A stretch of DNA of 54,931 nt from contig CAWUOG010000001.1 of the NCBI GenBank assembly GCA_963923875.1, positions 1 through 54,931 on the forward strand, given 5' to 3'. Below the pieces are notes generated by a model. It saw only the letters and a list, made by a program, of their open reading frames with translations. It searched no databases and was not told where the DNA came from. Positions 32,126 through 41,571 of this stretch are shown here, piece by piece. The DNA comes from an uncultured Alphaproteobacteria bacterium. Its GTDB lineage: Bacteria; Pseudomonadota; Alphaproteobacteria; Reyranellales; Reyranellaceae. Position numbers and translations under genes: made by a program. Each line of letters begins with the position of its first letter. Position 1 is the stretch's first letter.

Positions 32126-32653
32126 ATGGCCGACCCGATCGATCTCAAGAAGCACATTCGCTCGATCCCGGATTTTCCCAAGCCCGGCATCCTATTCTAC
32201 GACATCTCCACTCTGCTGGCCCATCCCAAGGCCTGGCACGCCACCATCGAGCAGATGGCCGAAACGGTGAAGGCCTACAAGCCTGACGTGCTGGCTGGTA
32301 TCGAGTCGCGTGGCTTCCTGCTGGCAGCACCACTTGCGATCGCGTTGGGTACTGGCTTCGTCATGCTCCGCAAGAAGGGCAAACTGCCGGGTATCACCGT
32401 GCGCCACACCTATGCCCTCGAGTACGGCACGGACACGATCGAGATCCAGGCCGACGCCGTCGACAAGGGCAAGCGGGTGGTGCTGGTCGATGACCTGCTG
32501 GCAACCGGCGGCACCATGTCCGCCGCCGTGACCCTGCTCGAGCAAGTGGGCGCGGTCGTGCCGGCGGCAGCCTGCATCATCGAACTGACCTTCCTGGAAG
32601 GCCGCAAGAAACTGCCGGTGCCCGTCGAAGCGCTGTTGAAGTACGATTCCTGA
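32126..32653 (+). CDS. apt: Adenine phosphoribosyltransferase
   Basis: [34 protein letters not shown] and [10 protein letters not shown] motifs. Confidence 0.96.
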   Translation: MADPIDLKKHIRSIPDFPKPGILFYDISTLLAHPKAWHATIEQMAETVKAYKPDVLAGIESRGFLLAAPLAIALGTGFVMLRKKGKLPGITVRHTYALEYGTDTIEIQADAVDKGKRVVLVDDLLATGGTMSAAVTLLEQVGAVVPAAACIIELTFLEGRKKLPVPVEALLKYDS

Positions 32654-32897
32654 CAGGGTGCCCTACCGCTGATCGGAAGGATCGAAGGCGCCGGCGTCGT
32701 CAGGCAGCCCGGCCACGCCGCATGGCCGCCGTAGGGCAAGAAAACCTGCACCTCTTCGGCGGACACTCGCTCGATCCTGCGTTTCAACTCCCAGGTCCAG
32801 GAGCCGAAATCGCCCTTGGCGATACCCGCTCCTGTGCCGATTCCATCGGGAAGAATCCCCTGCGGCGTTCATGCTAGCATGCCACCCGGGAGGAAAA

Positions 32898-33989
32898 ATG
32901 GTTTCGATTCCAGATTGCTTTTCCGAGAGCTATGCGGAAGCGCGGACCAAATTCTGTGGTGCGGCCGCCGAGGCCGGCGGTGCAATCCGTTCCTGGCCCA
33001 ATCCGCACGCTCGAGGCCCCAGTGGCGAGGCACTCTATCTCGACACCGCACGTTTTGGGCCTGCCGACGCGACGAACATGCTGGTGCTGATTTCAAGCAC
33101 GCACGGCGTCGAGGGCCACTGCGGCTCGGGCGCCCAGATCGCGTGGCTGCGCACTGGCGGGCCGGCGAAGCTGCCCAAGGACACGGGCGCGCTGATCCTG
33201 CATGCGGTCAACCCGTACGGCTTTGCCTGGACGCGCCGGGTCACCGAAGACAATGTCGATCTCAATCGCAATTTCGTCGACCACGACAAGGCCTATCCCA
33301 GGAACGACGGCTATAGCGCCCTGGCGCACGCCCTGCTGCCGAAGACCTGGGACGAAAATGGCCTCGCCGAGGCGCAGCGTGTGCTCGACGCCTACGCCCA
33401 ACAGAACGGAGCCTTTGCACTGCAGGGCGCCATTACCGGCGGCCAGTACAGCCACCCGGATGGCATCTTCTACGGCGGCAGCCGGCCGGGTTGGAGCAAC
33501 CGCACCCTCCGCGCCGTCGCCCGCGAGGAACTGGGCCGGGCCCGGGAAGTGGCCGTAATCGACTTCCATACGGGCCTCGGTCCGTTCGGTCACGGCGAAC
33601 TGATCTGCGCCGTACCGCCCACGGCAAAATCCTTCGCCCGCGCCAAGGTTTGGTACGGCGACGAAATGACCTCGCCAGAGGGCGGCACTTCGACTTCGGC
33701 CGTCGTGGTTGGCGTCATGACCGACTGCTTTCCTCAGGAGTTGCCCGATGCCGCGGTGACTCCGATCGCCATCGAGTACGGCACCTACTCGGTGCCCGAG
33801 GTACTGAATGCGGTGCGTGCCGACAATTGGCTGCATCAGCGCGGCGACCTGAATTCCAATCTGGCTCGCACCCTCAAAGCCGACATGAAGGAGCGTTTCT
33901 TCCCCGCCGGCGCCAAGTGGCGGGAGATGGTGTGGGCCCGCGCCGACCAGACGATCGGCTGGGCGCTGAAAGGCATGACCGGTGGCTGA
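32898..33989 (+). CDS. M14-like metallopeptidase / DUF2817 family protein
   Basis: THGVEG (HxxE), NPYGF...NVDLNRN, DFHTGLG and IEYGT motifs. GGAGG RBS before ATG 32898. Confidence 0.82.
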   Translation: MVSIPDCFSESYAEARTKFCGAAAEAGGAIRSWPNPHARGPSGEALYLDTARFGPADATNMLVLISSTHGVEGHCGSGAQIAWLRTGGPAKLPKDTGALILHAVNPYGFAWTRRVTEDNVDLNRNFVDHDKAYPRNDGYSALAHALLPKTWDENGLAEAQRVLDAYAQQNGAFALQGAITGGQYSHPDGIFYGGSRPGWSNRTLRAVAREELGRAREVAVIDFHTGLGPFGHGELICAVPPTAKSFARAKVWYGDEMTSPEGGTSTSAVVVGVMTDCFPQELPDAAVTPIAIEYGTYSVPEVLNAVRADNWLHQRGDLNSNLARTLKADMKERFFPAGAKWREMVWARADQTIGWALKGMTGG

Positions 33990-34009
33990 GGCTACGGCGC
34001 GCTTCGATC

Positions 34010-35836
34010 GTGACTGACGCCGCAGCTCCCGCGACCTCGGATCCCGCGCGGCTGCGGCTATGGCGGGCGCTGCAGCGTGCGCCGCTATTCTCCGACCTCG
34101 ACGCCGCCAGCATGTCGGCCATCGAGCGCGAGATGACCCTATTGAACCTGCCGGGCGGCACGCCGCTCTTCCACCAGGGAGAGAACGCCGATGCCGTCTT
34201 CGTCGTCGCCAGCGGCTGTCTCGGCGTGTTCCGCCACGACGAGGGCGATGCTCCGGAGGAGCCCAGCCTGATCGCCGAGATCACGCCCGGCAACATCGTC
34301 GGCGAGATGTCGCTGCTGTCGCACACCATGCGCACGCGCAGCGTTGCGGCGCTGCGCGACAGCGAAGTGTGGCGTCTCTCGCGGTCGAGTTTCGACTCGC
34401 TCACCACCCACCACCCGGAGGTCTTGCCGGCCCTGATGCGCAACATCGCGCTGCGCAACGCCATGGGACCGGCCAAGCGGCGGCGCCAACCGCGTACCTT
34501 CGCCCTGCTCCCAACCGGGCCCGATGTTCCGTCTGCCCGCTTCGCGGTGCTGCTGTCGGCGGCGCTGGGCCGCATCGGCGATCAGGTGCAGATGCTGGGA
34601 CCGGAATCGCAACGCCGCGAGCCCGACTGGTTCGCGCGATGCGAGATGGATTCCGCCTTCGTCCTTTACCGAGCCGACGCCACCCTGACGCCCTGGACCC
34701 AACTCTGCCTTCGCCAGGCCGACTGCCTGGTGGTGGTGCGCAATGCCGACAACGATCAGCCGACCCGCGTCCCGTTCGAGATCGAGAGCATGCCACCCGG
34801 CGCCGTCTTCCATCGCCGTCGCGAGTTGGTCCTGCTGCACGAAGGCCATGACCCGTCTTCCGGGTCGACGGCGCCGCTGATGGCCGGCGGCTCCTACGGC
34901 CAGCATCACCACGTAAGGCTCGACCTGCCGTCGGATTTCGACCGCCTGGCACGCCTCATCACCGGTCATGCCGTGGGCGTGGTGATGGCAGGCGGTGGCG
35001 CGCGTTCCTTCACGCATATCGGCGCGATCAAGGCGCTGCGGGCGTCGGGCGTGCCCGTTGACCTGACCGGCGGCACCAGCATGGGTGCGATCGTCGCCGC
35101 CGCCGTTGCCGCTCGCTGGAGCGACGAGGAAATGCACGAGCGCTTCCGTCGGGCCTTCGTCGACGCCAATCCGCTCAGCGACTACACCCTCCCCTTTGTG
35201 TCGATGTTCAGCGGCCGGCGAGTGACGCGACTGCTGCGCGCCGCCTTCGGCGAGAAGGACATAGAGGACCTGATCCTGCCCTTCTATTGCGTTACCGGAA
35301 ATCTCACGACCTCGACCGCCGATATCCACACCAATGGCCGGTTGTGGCGCTGGCTGCGTGCTTCGGTCTCGCTGCCTGGCGTGCTGCCGCCCTTCAACGA
35401 TGCGGGAAACGTCCATGTCGACGGCGGCGTGATCGACAATTTCCCGGTGCGTCCGATGCGGCGACTGGGGCGTGGCACGACCATCGGCATCGACATCGAC
35501 ACCGGCGGCGCATTGTCGGCCGGCGCGGGCGCCGGGGCCGACGATTCGTGGTCGGCCTGGGAGTTTTTCCGGCGTCTGGTCTGGAAGCGCAAGGAAACGC
35601 TGCCGATTCCGTCGATCGTGCGCATCCTGCTGCGCTCGGCGCTGATCGCCAGCGCCGCGCGCGCGATGGAAGACCGTGCCGCCGCCGATCTGCTGATCGT
35701 GCCGCCGATGACCAGCTACGACCTGCTCGACTGGACCAGTTTCGATGCCGCCATCGAGGTCGGCTACCGCTCCACGATGGAGGCGCTCGATGCCGCCCGC
35801 ACCCTGCCCACCGGCGCCCGGCTGTTCGTCGCGTGA
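34010..35836 (+). CDS. Cyclic-nucleotide-binding domain plus patatin-like phospholipase (NTE/RssA-like)
   Basis: LFHQGE...VGEMSLL...RTRSVAALRDSEV (cNMP domain); GGGARS, GTSMG and DGG (patatin). GTG start at 34010 is tentative. Confidence 0.88.
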   Translation: MTDAAAPATSDPARLRLWRALQRAPLFSDLDAASMSAIEREMTLLNLPGGTPLFHQGENADAVFVVASGCLGVFRHDEGDAPEEPSLIAEITPGNIVGEMSLLSHTMRTRSVAALRDSEVWRLSRSSFDSLTTHHPEVLPALMRNIALRNAMGPAKRRRQPRTFALLPTGPDVPSARFAVLLSAALGRIGDQVQMLGPESQRREPDWFARCEMDSAFVLYRADATLTPWTQLCLRQADCLVVVRNADNDQPTRVPFEIESMPPGAVFHRRRELVLLHEGHDPSSGSTAPLMAGGSYGQHHHVRLDLPSDFDRLARLITGHAVGVVMAGGGARSFTHIGAIKALRASGVPVDLTGGTSMGAIVAAAVAARWSDEEMHERFRRAFVDANPLSDYTLPFVSMFSGRRVTRLLRAAFGEKDIEDLILPFYCVTGNLTTSTADIHTNGRLWRWLRASVSLPGVLPPFNDAGNVHVDGGVIDNFPVRPMRRLGRGTTIGIDIDTGGALSAGAGAGADDSWSAWEFFRRLVWKRKETLPIPSIVRILLRSALIASAARAMEDRAAADLLIVPPMTSYDLLDWTSFDAAIEVGYRSTMEALDAARTLPTGARLFVA

Positions 35837-35843
35837 GCCGCGT

Positions 35844-36872
35844 ATGACCAATCGCGTGCTGGTCGTCGTGCTGGCCGAGACCCGAGCGCACGAAGTGACC
35901 TTCGGCGCCTTCAAGCAGAACCTGCTCGATCGGCTCGGAGCCGACCTTGCGCTCTGCGTCGGCGACGGTCCGCGCGAGACGCATAATCCCTTCTACGAAC
36001 ACGCCAAGTATGTCTGGAAGTTCCCGGAGTCGAGAATGGACGGCGCCGAGGACTGGTCGGCGGCGCTCGACGAGATGGCGGAGGGCCGCAACTGGCGCTG
36101 CCTGCTGGAAGTTCCCGATGGCTGGATCGGCGGCATCAAGGATCCGGCGTATCGGTGGCCGGGCACCGGGCATTTTCTGATCGCGTTCCGTGAATTCCTG
36201 CGCCGCCAAATGGAGACGGCGGGCGTGCTCGACCGGTACGACTGGTTCCTCATCACCCGATCGGACATGATGTATCCGATCCCTCATCCAGATCTCGATC
36301 TGTTCTCGCCCGAGTATGTCTGGGTGCCCGACGGCGAGCGCTGGGGCGGCTTCACCGACCGGCACATGCTGATACCGGCAAGATTCATCCGGCAGGTTCT
36401 CGACTTGACCCGCGACATCTTCGAGCGGCCCGAAGATCTCGCCCGCCGCCTGAAAGCCCGCAACCGGACCTGGAGCACCGAGGGCTTCCTCAAGTTCCAT
36501 TTTGCCGAGACCGGCCTACTGAAGCACGTGCGCTTCTCGCCCTATTTCATGTACCTGGTGCGCGCACCGGACGGCCCTACGCGATGGTCGGAAGGCGACT
36601 ACAACGCCCAGCTCAGGGTTTTCATCAAGTACCGACGGGAATACACTAGTTCGATCGCCCTTCAGGCGGTGGTCGCCGAACCGGCCGACTGGCGGCATCT
36701 GATCGGCTGGCGGCGCTTCTTCAACTGGCGCATGTACGCCTATTGTCTGATGCGTACCGGCGCCGAGCGCTACGAGATTCCCGCCCGCCTTCGCTTCCTG
36801 CGCATGGTCCGCCGATTTTTCGTGCTGCTGTTGCAGCCGGTCGATACCGGCGCGGTCGATCGTGTTCGCTAG
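35844..36872 (+). CDS. Uncharacterised protein, putative glycosyltransferase-like (paralog 1)
   Basis: 342 aa, colinear with 38182-39198. Motifs LAETRAHE, YDWFLITRSD and PDGERWGGFTDRH. Function is inferred. Confidence 0.6.
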   Translation: MTNRVLVVVLAETRAHEVTFGAFKQNLLDRLGADLALCVGDGPRETHNPFYEHAKYVWKFPESRMDGAEDWSAALDEMAEGRNWRCLLEVPDGWIGGIKDPAYRWPGTGHFLIAFREFLRRQMETAGVLDRYDWFLITRSDMMYPIPHPDLDLFSPEYVWVPDGERWGGFTDRHMLIPARFIRQVLDLTRDIFERPEDLARRLKARNRTWSTEGFLKFHFAETGLLKHVRFSPYFMYLVRAPDGPTRWSEGDYNAQLRVFIKYRREYTSSIALQAVVAEPADWRHLIGWRRFFNWRMYAYCLMRTGAERYEIPARLRFLRMVRRFFVLLLQPVDTGAVDRVR

Positions 36873-37276
36873 AAGAACTTCAGGCCGCCGGTGATCTTGT
36901 CGATCGTTTTGCGCGCAGCATGCAGGCCAAGCCCGACCAGATTGAGAGCATCGAGCGGCGCCGCGGCAAAGGCCGCGCGATTTTCGGCATCGTTAGTGGT
37001 CTTGAACATTTCCTCGATATAGATCGCGGGCTTGAGGTCGCGCGTCAGCGCCCGCGCATGGGTGCGTCTCAGTTCGTCGAGCGTGGCGCCGAAGACGAAG
37101 ATCGGCTCACGAATCAGTGCACTGTAGGCACGCCCCGATGCATCGATATAGGGGTCTCCCTTGAGATGGTCCTCGGTGGCAGCCATCCCGCCGGCGAGAA
37201 AGGCTGCGACATTGGCGAGTTGCCACGGCGCGAGGTCCCGACGCAGCACCAGTGCCGTCTTGGTTTCATAGATCAT
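36869..37276 (-). CDS. DUF2000 family protein (PTH2-like fold)
   Basis: TKTALVLRRDLAPWQLANVAAFL, YIDASG, MFKTTNDAENRA and LVGLGL...IDKITGG motifs. Start ATG 37276. Confidence 0.82.
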   Translation of the reverse strand: MIYETKTALVLRRDLAPWQLANVAAFLAGGMAATEDHLKGDPYIDASGRAYSALIREPIFVFGATLDELRRTHARALTRDLKPAIYIEEMFKTTNDAENRAAFAAAPLDALNLVGLGLHAARKTIDKITGGLKFF

Positions 37277-37319
37277 GGGCTTGATATCGCATCTCCGGCG
37301 GCTCAAATCTTGAACGATC

Positions 37320-38132
37320 GTGCAGCCCTCCACCGCTTCCCCGGACCGGATCCGCTTCGACCAGCCCAAGGCTGGCCTGCAGCGCCTCAGCGCCCGTTTC
37401 GGCGGTCATGCCTACGATTTGCACCGGCACGAGACCTATGCAGTCGGCCTGACGATCTGGGGCGCCCAGTCTTTCCATTACCGTGGCAGCCTGCGCACCA
37501 GCCGGGCTGGCCAGGTCATGATCATCCACCCCGACGAGGCCCATGACGGCCATGCCGGGGTCGATCGCGGCTTCGCCTATCGCATGCTCTATGTCGATCC
37601 TGGCGCCGTCGGCGCGGCCCTCGAGGACGCTCCGCCGCCCTTCGTGCCCGAGGTTGTGACCGAGGACCCCGTGCTCAGCGCGCTGCTCGGCGAGGCCTTC
37701 GGCGACTTCCCGCGCCCGCTCGAGCCGTTAGCGCAGGACGCCATTGTCGGACGGCTGGCCGAGCGGCTGGCCGCCCGCAGCGACGGACGGCGGCTACGGC
37801 CGGGGCCTGCGGCGCGCCGCGCCGTTGCACTTGCCCGCGATTTCCTGGATGCCGAAGCGCATCGTACAGTTGCATCGGAGGAACTTGAGCGGCTCAGCGG
37901 CCTCGACCGCTTCGCCCTCGCCCGTCACTTCCGCACCGTGCACGGCACGTCTCCTCACCGTTATCAGGTCGGACGCCGGCTCCTCGAGGCGCAGAGGCTG
38001 ATTGCCGAGGGCATGAAGCCCGCCGAAGCAGCGGCCACGACGGGATTCGCCGACCAGAGCCACCTCACCCGCCATTTCGCCTCGAGATTCGGAGTGACAC
38101 CGGGGCGCTGGGCCACGCTGGCGCGGGCTTGA
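37320..38132 (+). CDS. AraC family transcriptional regulator
   Basis: HRHETYAVG and HPDEAHDG (cupin); FRTVHGTSPHRY...GFADQSHLTRHF (double HTH). Confidence 0.93.
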   Translation: MQPSTASPDRIRFDQPKAGLQRLSARFGGHAYDLHRHETYAVGLTIWGAQSFHYRGSLRTSRAGQVMIIHPDEAHDGHAGVDRGFAYRMLYVDPGAVGAALEDAPPPFVPEVVTEDPVLSALLGEAFGDFPRPLEPLAQDAIVGRLAERLAARSDGRRLRPGPAARRAVALARDFLDAEAHRTVASEELERLSGLDRFALARHFRTVHGTSPHRYQVGRRLLEAQRLIAEGMKPAEAAATTGFADQSHLTRHFASRFGVTPGRWATLARA

Positions 38133-38181
38133 ACCTGCGGGCAAATACAGGCAGCGTGCCGCCGCAAGGAGTTCGGCGCCG

Positions 38182-39198
38182 ATGTCCGCGAAAGTTCTGA
38201 TCATCGTTCTTGCCGAAACGCGCGCCCACGAACTGACCTTCCCGCTGTTCAAGGAGAACTTCCTCGACCGGCTGGGCGCCGACCTCGCCCTATGCATCGG
38301 CGACAACGCGCGAGAGACGCGCAATCCCTTCTACGACACGGCAAAGTACATCTGGCAATACAAGGAGCCCGACGACTGGACCGTGGCCTTCGACGAATAT
38401 GCCGAGGGGCGCGACTGGCGGGTCCTGCTCGAACTGCGCGACCAGTGGCTGGGCGGCATCAAGCATCCGACGCTGCAGCATCCCGGCAGCGCGGGAATCC
38501 TGGTGTTCTTCCGCGATTTCCTGCGCCGCAAGTTCGAGGAGACAGGCGCTCTCGAGGCCTATGACTGGCTGATCATCACCCGCTCGGACTTCATGTGGCC
38601 GATGCGGCACCCGGGTCTGGAACTTTTCTCGCCCGAGCACATCTACGTGCCCGACGGCGAGCGCTACAACGGCTTCACCGACCGCCACATCATGGTGCCG
38701 AAACGCTTTTTCAAGCCGTTCCTCGACGTTGCGCGGGACGTCTTTTCCGATCCCGTGGCGCTTGCCGGCCGCATGAAGGCGCTGGGACGACCGAACTGGA
38801 ATCTCGAATCGTTCATCAAGTTCCGCTTCGGCGAGCTCGGACTGCTACGCTCCGTGCGCTTCTTCCCGTACCTGATGTACTCGCTTCGGCCATCGACCGG
38901 CACCACGCGCTGGACCGGCGGCACCTACAGCCACGAGCATCGCTATTTCATCAAGTATCCGACCGAGTACAACAACTCGCGGATCCTGCAGAGCCTGGTC
39001 GTCGAGGACGCCCACTGGCGACACCTGATGGGCTCGCCGCGCTTCCGCAACTGGCGCATGTATTTTTATGCCTGGATGCGAGCCCACACTGAGCTGCCCT
39101 TCATGCCCAAACGATATCAGTTCCTTCGGTTGCTGCGGCGCTTCTGGATCCTGATGATGCAGCCGCTGGAGACCGGCAAGCTTGACCGCCTGCGCTAG
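38182..39198 (+). CDS. Uncharacterised protein, putative glycosyltransferase-like (paralog 2)
   Basis: 338 aa with AAGGAG RBS. Motifs LAETRAHE, YDWLIITRSD and PDGERYNGFTDRH. Function is inferred. Confidence 0.6.
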   Translation: MSAKVLIIVLAETRAHELTFPLFKENFLDRLGADLALCIGDNARETRNPFYDTAKYIWQYKEPDDWTVAFDEYAEGRDWRVLLELRDQWLGGIKHPTLQHPGSAGILVFFRDFLRRKFEETGALEAYDWLIITRSDFMWPMRHPGLELFSPEHIYVPDGERYNGFTDRHIMVPKRFFKPFLDVARDVFSDPVALAGRMKALGRPNWNLESFIKFRFGELGLLRSVRFFPYLMYSLRPSTGTTRWTGGTYSHEHRYFIKYPTEYNNSRILQSLVVEDAHWRHLMGSPRFRNWRMYFYAWMRAHTELPFMPKRYQFLRLLRRFWILMMQPLETGKLDRLR

Positions 39199-40163
39199 GA
39201 GCGTCGACGCAGCCTCGAAACCGCATGCGCGGCGGTTTGGCGGAAATTCGCCACCGATCGGCGCAGGGGCCAGCCGAGCCGATAGAAGCCCTCGCCAAAA
39301 TGCCGGGTCCGCCGGATATCCTCGACGCTCGAGCGCACCAGCTTACCCATGCCGGCCGGGCTGAACCATTCCTGCCAGACGCGGCGTGCCTCGGCGGCCA
39401 TGCCGTCCCAGCGCGGCAGTGCCTCATGGCAGATCTCCGGCAGCCGCCCGATATCGCGCTCTGGCACCCGCAGGCTGAAAGCATTCCAGTCGATGCCCGC
39501 CGGCGGCACCCAGGCATCGGACAGAATCACCGGCACGCGGCCGCTTTGCATGGTCTCGAACAGCCGGAACGTCGAGGTCCCGATACCGCGTGGACAAAGC
39601 ACGTAGCGGCTCTGCAGGATCTTCAGGGCATATTGCTGCTTGAACGCGCGATGGCCGCCAGTGTCCGTCCAGAATGGCTGAGTGCGCTCGATCAACACGT
39701 CGTCGCGACCGTAATTCGCCGCGAACAGCTGTCCGCGGGTCTTGGAGGTGAGGTTGCCCTGGAACGTGAAGAGATAGCGGAAGTCCGGCGCGGCCCCCGC
39801 CTCCGCAAAACCGATGAACTCGTTGAACGACTGCATGTAGCAGCTGGTGCGGTGGCGCGACGCGCTGAACATCAGGCGGCGCAACGAACAGTAGAGGCCA
39901 GGATAGAGACCGAGCGGCGTATCCTGGGTGTCGAACACGAAGCTCTTGTCGGGATGCTCGGCGTAGGCGCCGGAGCGCGCCACCGAGGCGATCGTATCGG
40001 GATAGGGCGCCTTGCAGTCCGCCAGGGTGATCAGGATGGTGTCGGCCTCGTCCATGGAGGACACGAGTTCGACGTGGCCGGCCTGTTGCCAGGTTTCGGC
40101 AAGGGCCCGCCACTGGCCGCGTGCCCAGTCGGATTCGTGACTGGTTTCCATGAAAAGCCGCAT
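39195..40163 (-). CDS. Exostosin-like (GT47) glycosyltransferase
   Basis: YLFTFQG...R..L, Y...ILQSRYVLCPRGIGTSTFRLFETMQSGRVPVILSDAWVPP..IDW..FS..VPE, the exostosin C-terminal signature. Start ATG 40163 after GGAG. Confidence 0.8.
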   Translation of the reverse strand: MRLFMETSHESDWARGQWRALAETWQQAGHVELVSSMDEADTILITLADCKAPYPDTIASVARSGAYAEHPDKSFVFDTQDTPLGLYPGLYCSLRRLMFSASRHRTSCYMQSFNEFIGFAEAGAAPDFRYLFTFQGNLTSKTRGQLFAANYGRDDVLIERTQPFWTDTGGHRAFKQQYALKILQSRYVLCPRGIGTSTFRLFETMQSGRVPVILSDAWVPPAGIDWNAFSLRVPERDIGRLPEICHEALPRWDGMAAEARRVWQEWFSPAGMGKLVRSSVEDIRRTRHFGEGFYRLGWPLRRSVANFRQTAAHAVSRLRRRS

Positions 40164-40227
40164 CTCCGTTGGACTATCACGGATGATGCGAGACGGTACA
40201 GCCGCGTGGCGCAGGCCCCTCAATGCA

Positions 40228-40256
40228 GAAGCCCCGCACTGGAAGTGCGGGGCTTC
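40228..40256 (-). terminator. Hairpin, probable terminator downstream of the SDR gene
   Basis: Perfect 13-bp inverted repeat GAAGCCCCGCACT-gga-AGTGCGGGGCTTC, about 35 nt after the SDR stop. U-tract is weak. Confidence 0.6.
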
Positions 40257-40289
40257 GCCACTTTACGATGATCTGTCAGCGCTCAGCGG

Positions 40290-41114
40290 CTAGAGCCCGC
40301 CATTCACTACCAGGCACTGGCCCGACACGTAGTCGCTGTCGGGGCTGCAGAACAGGTATACCGAGCCCGCCGCTTCGGTCGGAAGACCGCCGCGGCCGAG
40401 CGGGATCATCTGGTTCATGGCGGCGATTCGGCCGCCCTGGACGCCGATCTTGACCTTGCGGCCCTGGACCTCGATCTCGCCTTCCTCGCCCTGGCTCAGC
40501 GGCTTGGTGAGGCGGGTCTGGATGTAGCCGAACGCCACGGCGTTGACCGTGACATCGTAGCGGCCGAATTCCTTGGCGAGCGTCTTGGTCAGGCCGATGA
40601 TGCCCGCCTTGCCGGCCGAGTAATTGGACTGACCGGCATTGCCGTTCACACCGGAGGTCGAGGAAATGTTCACGACCTTGCGTACGACCCGCTTGCCTTC
40701 GGCGCGTTCCTTTTCGACGGCCTGCCGGAAATGCTGCTGGAAGGCCCGCAGGACGCGGAAAGGCGCCGTCAGGTGAACGTCGAGAATGGCGTACCATTGA
40801 TCGTCGGTCATCTTTTGGATCACCGAGTCCCACGTATAACCGGCATTGTTGACTACGACATGGCAGTCGCCAAACGCATCGACCGCGGCCTTGACGATGC
40901 GGTCGCCGAAATCGGGCTTGGCGACGTCGCCGTTGCAGGCAACCGCCTTGCCGCCCATCTTGATGATCTCTTCGACGGTCTCCTTGGCCGGCGCGTCGTC
41001 GATGTCGTTGATGACCACCTTGGCACCGTCACGCACCAGACGCAGCGCGATTTCCTTGCCAATGCCGCGTCCCGAACCGGTGACGATCGCGACCTTGCCA
41101 TCCATCTGACCCAT
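40290..41114 (-). CDS. SDR oxidoreductase, 3-oxoacyl reductase (FabG-like)
   Basis: TGSGRGIG, NNAG, NISS and YSAGK motifs. AGGAG RBS before ATG 41114. Confidence 0.9.
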   Translation of the reverse strand: MGQMDGKVAIVTGSGRGIGKEIALRLVRDGAKVVINDIDDAPAKETVEEIIKMGGKAVACNGDVAKPDFGDRIVKAAVDAFGDCHVVVNNAGYTWDSVIQKMTDDQWYAILDVHLTAPFRVLRAFQQHFRQAVEKERAEGKRVVRKVVNISSTSGVNGNAGQSNYSAGKAGIIGLTKTLAKEFGRYDVTVNAVAFGYIQTRLTKPLSQGEEGEIEVQGRKVKIGVQGGRIAAMNQMIPLGRGGLPTEAAGSVYLFCSPDSDYVSGQCLVVNGGL

Positions 41115-41131
41115 GCTTCTCACTCCTGCGA

Positions 41132-41560
41132 TTAGTTGAGGACAACAGTGGCGTCGCCCTGCAACGTGTCCTGGCCGTTCTGGTTAGTGCACTTGACCTC
41201 GAGGTCGACCAGTTTTTGGCCGTTCTCCTCGCGCTTGCCGGTGACTTTTCCGCTCACCGTGATGACGTCGCCCACCCAGGTGATCGAGGTAAAACGCGTA
41301 CCGAGCTTCTTCACCTGGGCCTGCGGTACATACGAGGTGACGATGCGGCCGAGGAAGGCCATCGACAGCATGCCGTGCGCGAAGACGTCCTTGAAACCGA
41401 ACTTCTTGGCGAAGTCGATGTCGACGTGGATCGGATTGTGGTCGCCCGAGCCGCCGCAATAGAGCGCGAGCTGGTGGCGGCTGATCGGCGGCAGGACGAT
41501 CGGCTTGATGACGTCGCCGACCTTCACGTCGGCGAATTTCGGGGCAGTGACGGTTGCCAT
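41132..41560 (-). CDS. MaoC-like (R)-specific enoyl-CoA hydratase/dehydratase, catalytic subunit
   Basis: YCGGSGDHNPIHVD (D-x4-H) and AHGML motifs. GGAGGAG RBS. Confidence 0.9.
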   Translation of the reverse strand: MATVTAPKFADVKVGDVIKPIVLPPISRHQLALYCGGSGDHNPIHVDIDFAKKFGFKDVFAHGMLSMAFLGRIVTSYVPQAQVKKLGTRFTSITWVGDVITVSGKVTGKREENGQKLVDLEVKCTNQNGQDTLQGDATVVLN

Positions 41561-41571
41561 GATCTCCTCCC

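Noticed and set aside
32654-32897. Possible small ORF (32663-32872 -) or sRNA between apt and the M14 gene
   Set aside because: No recognisable motif, RBS or convincing structure. A degraded gene fragment cannot be excluded.
34010-35836. CBASS/CapV-type anti-phage patatin effector
   Set aside because: The architecture is the cNMP-NTE type, and there is no CD-NTase or other defence gene in the window.
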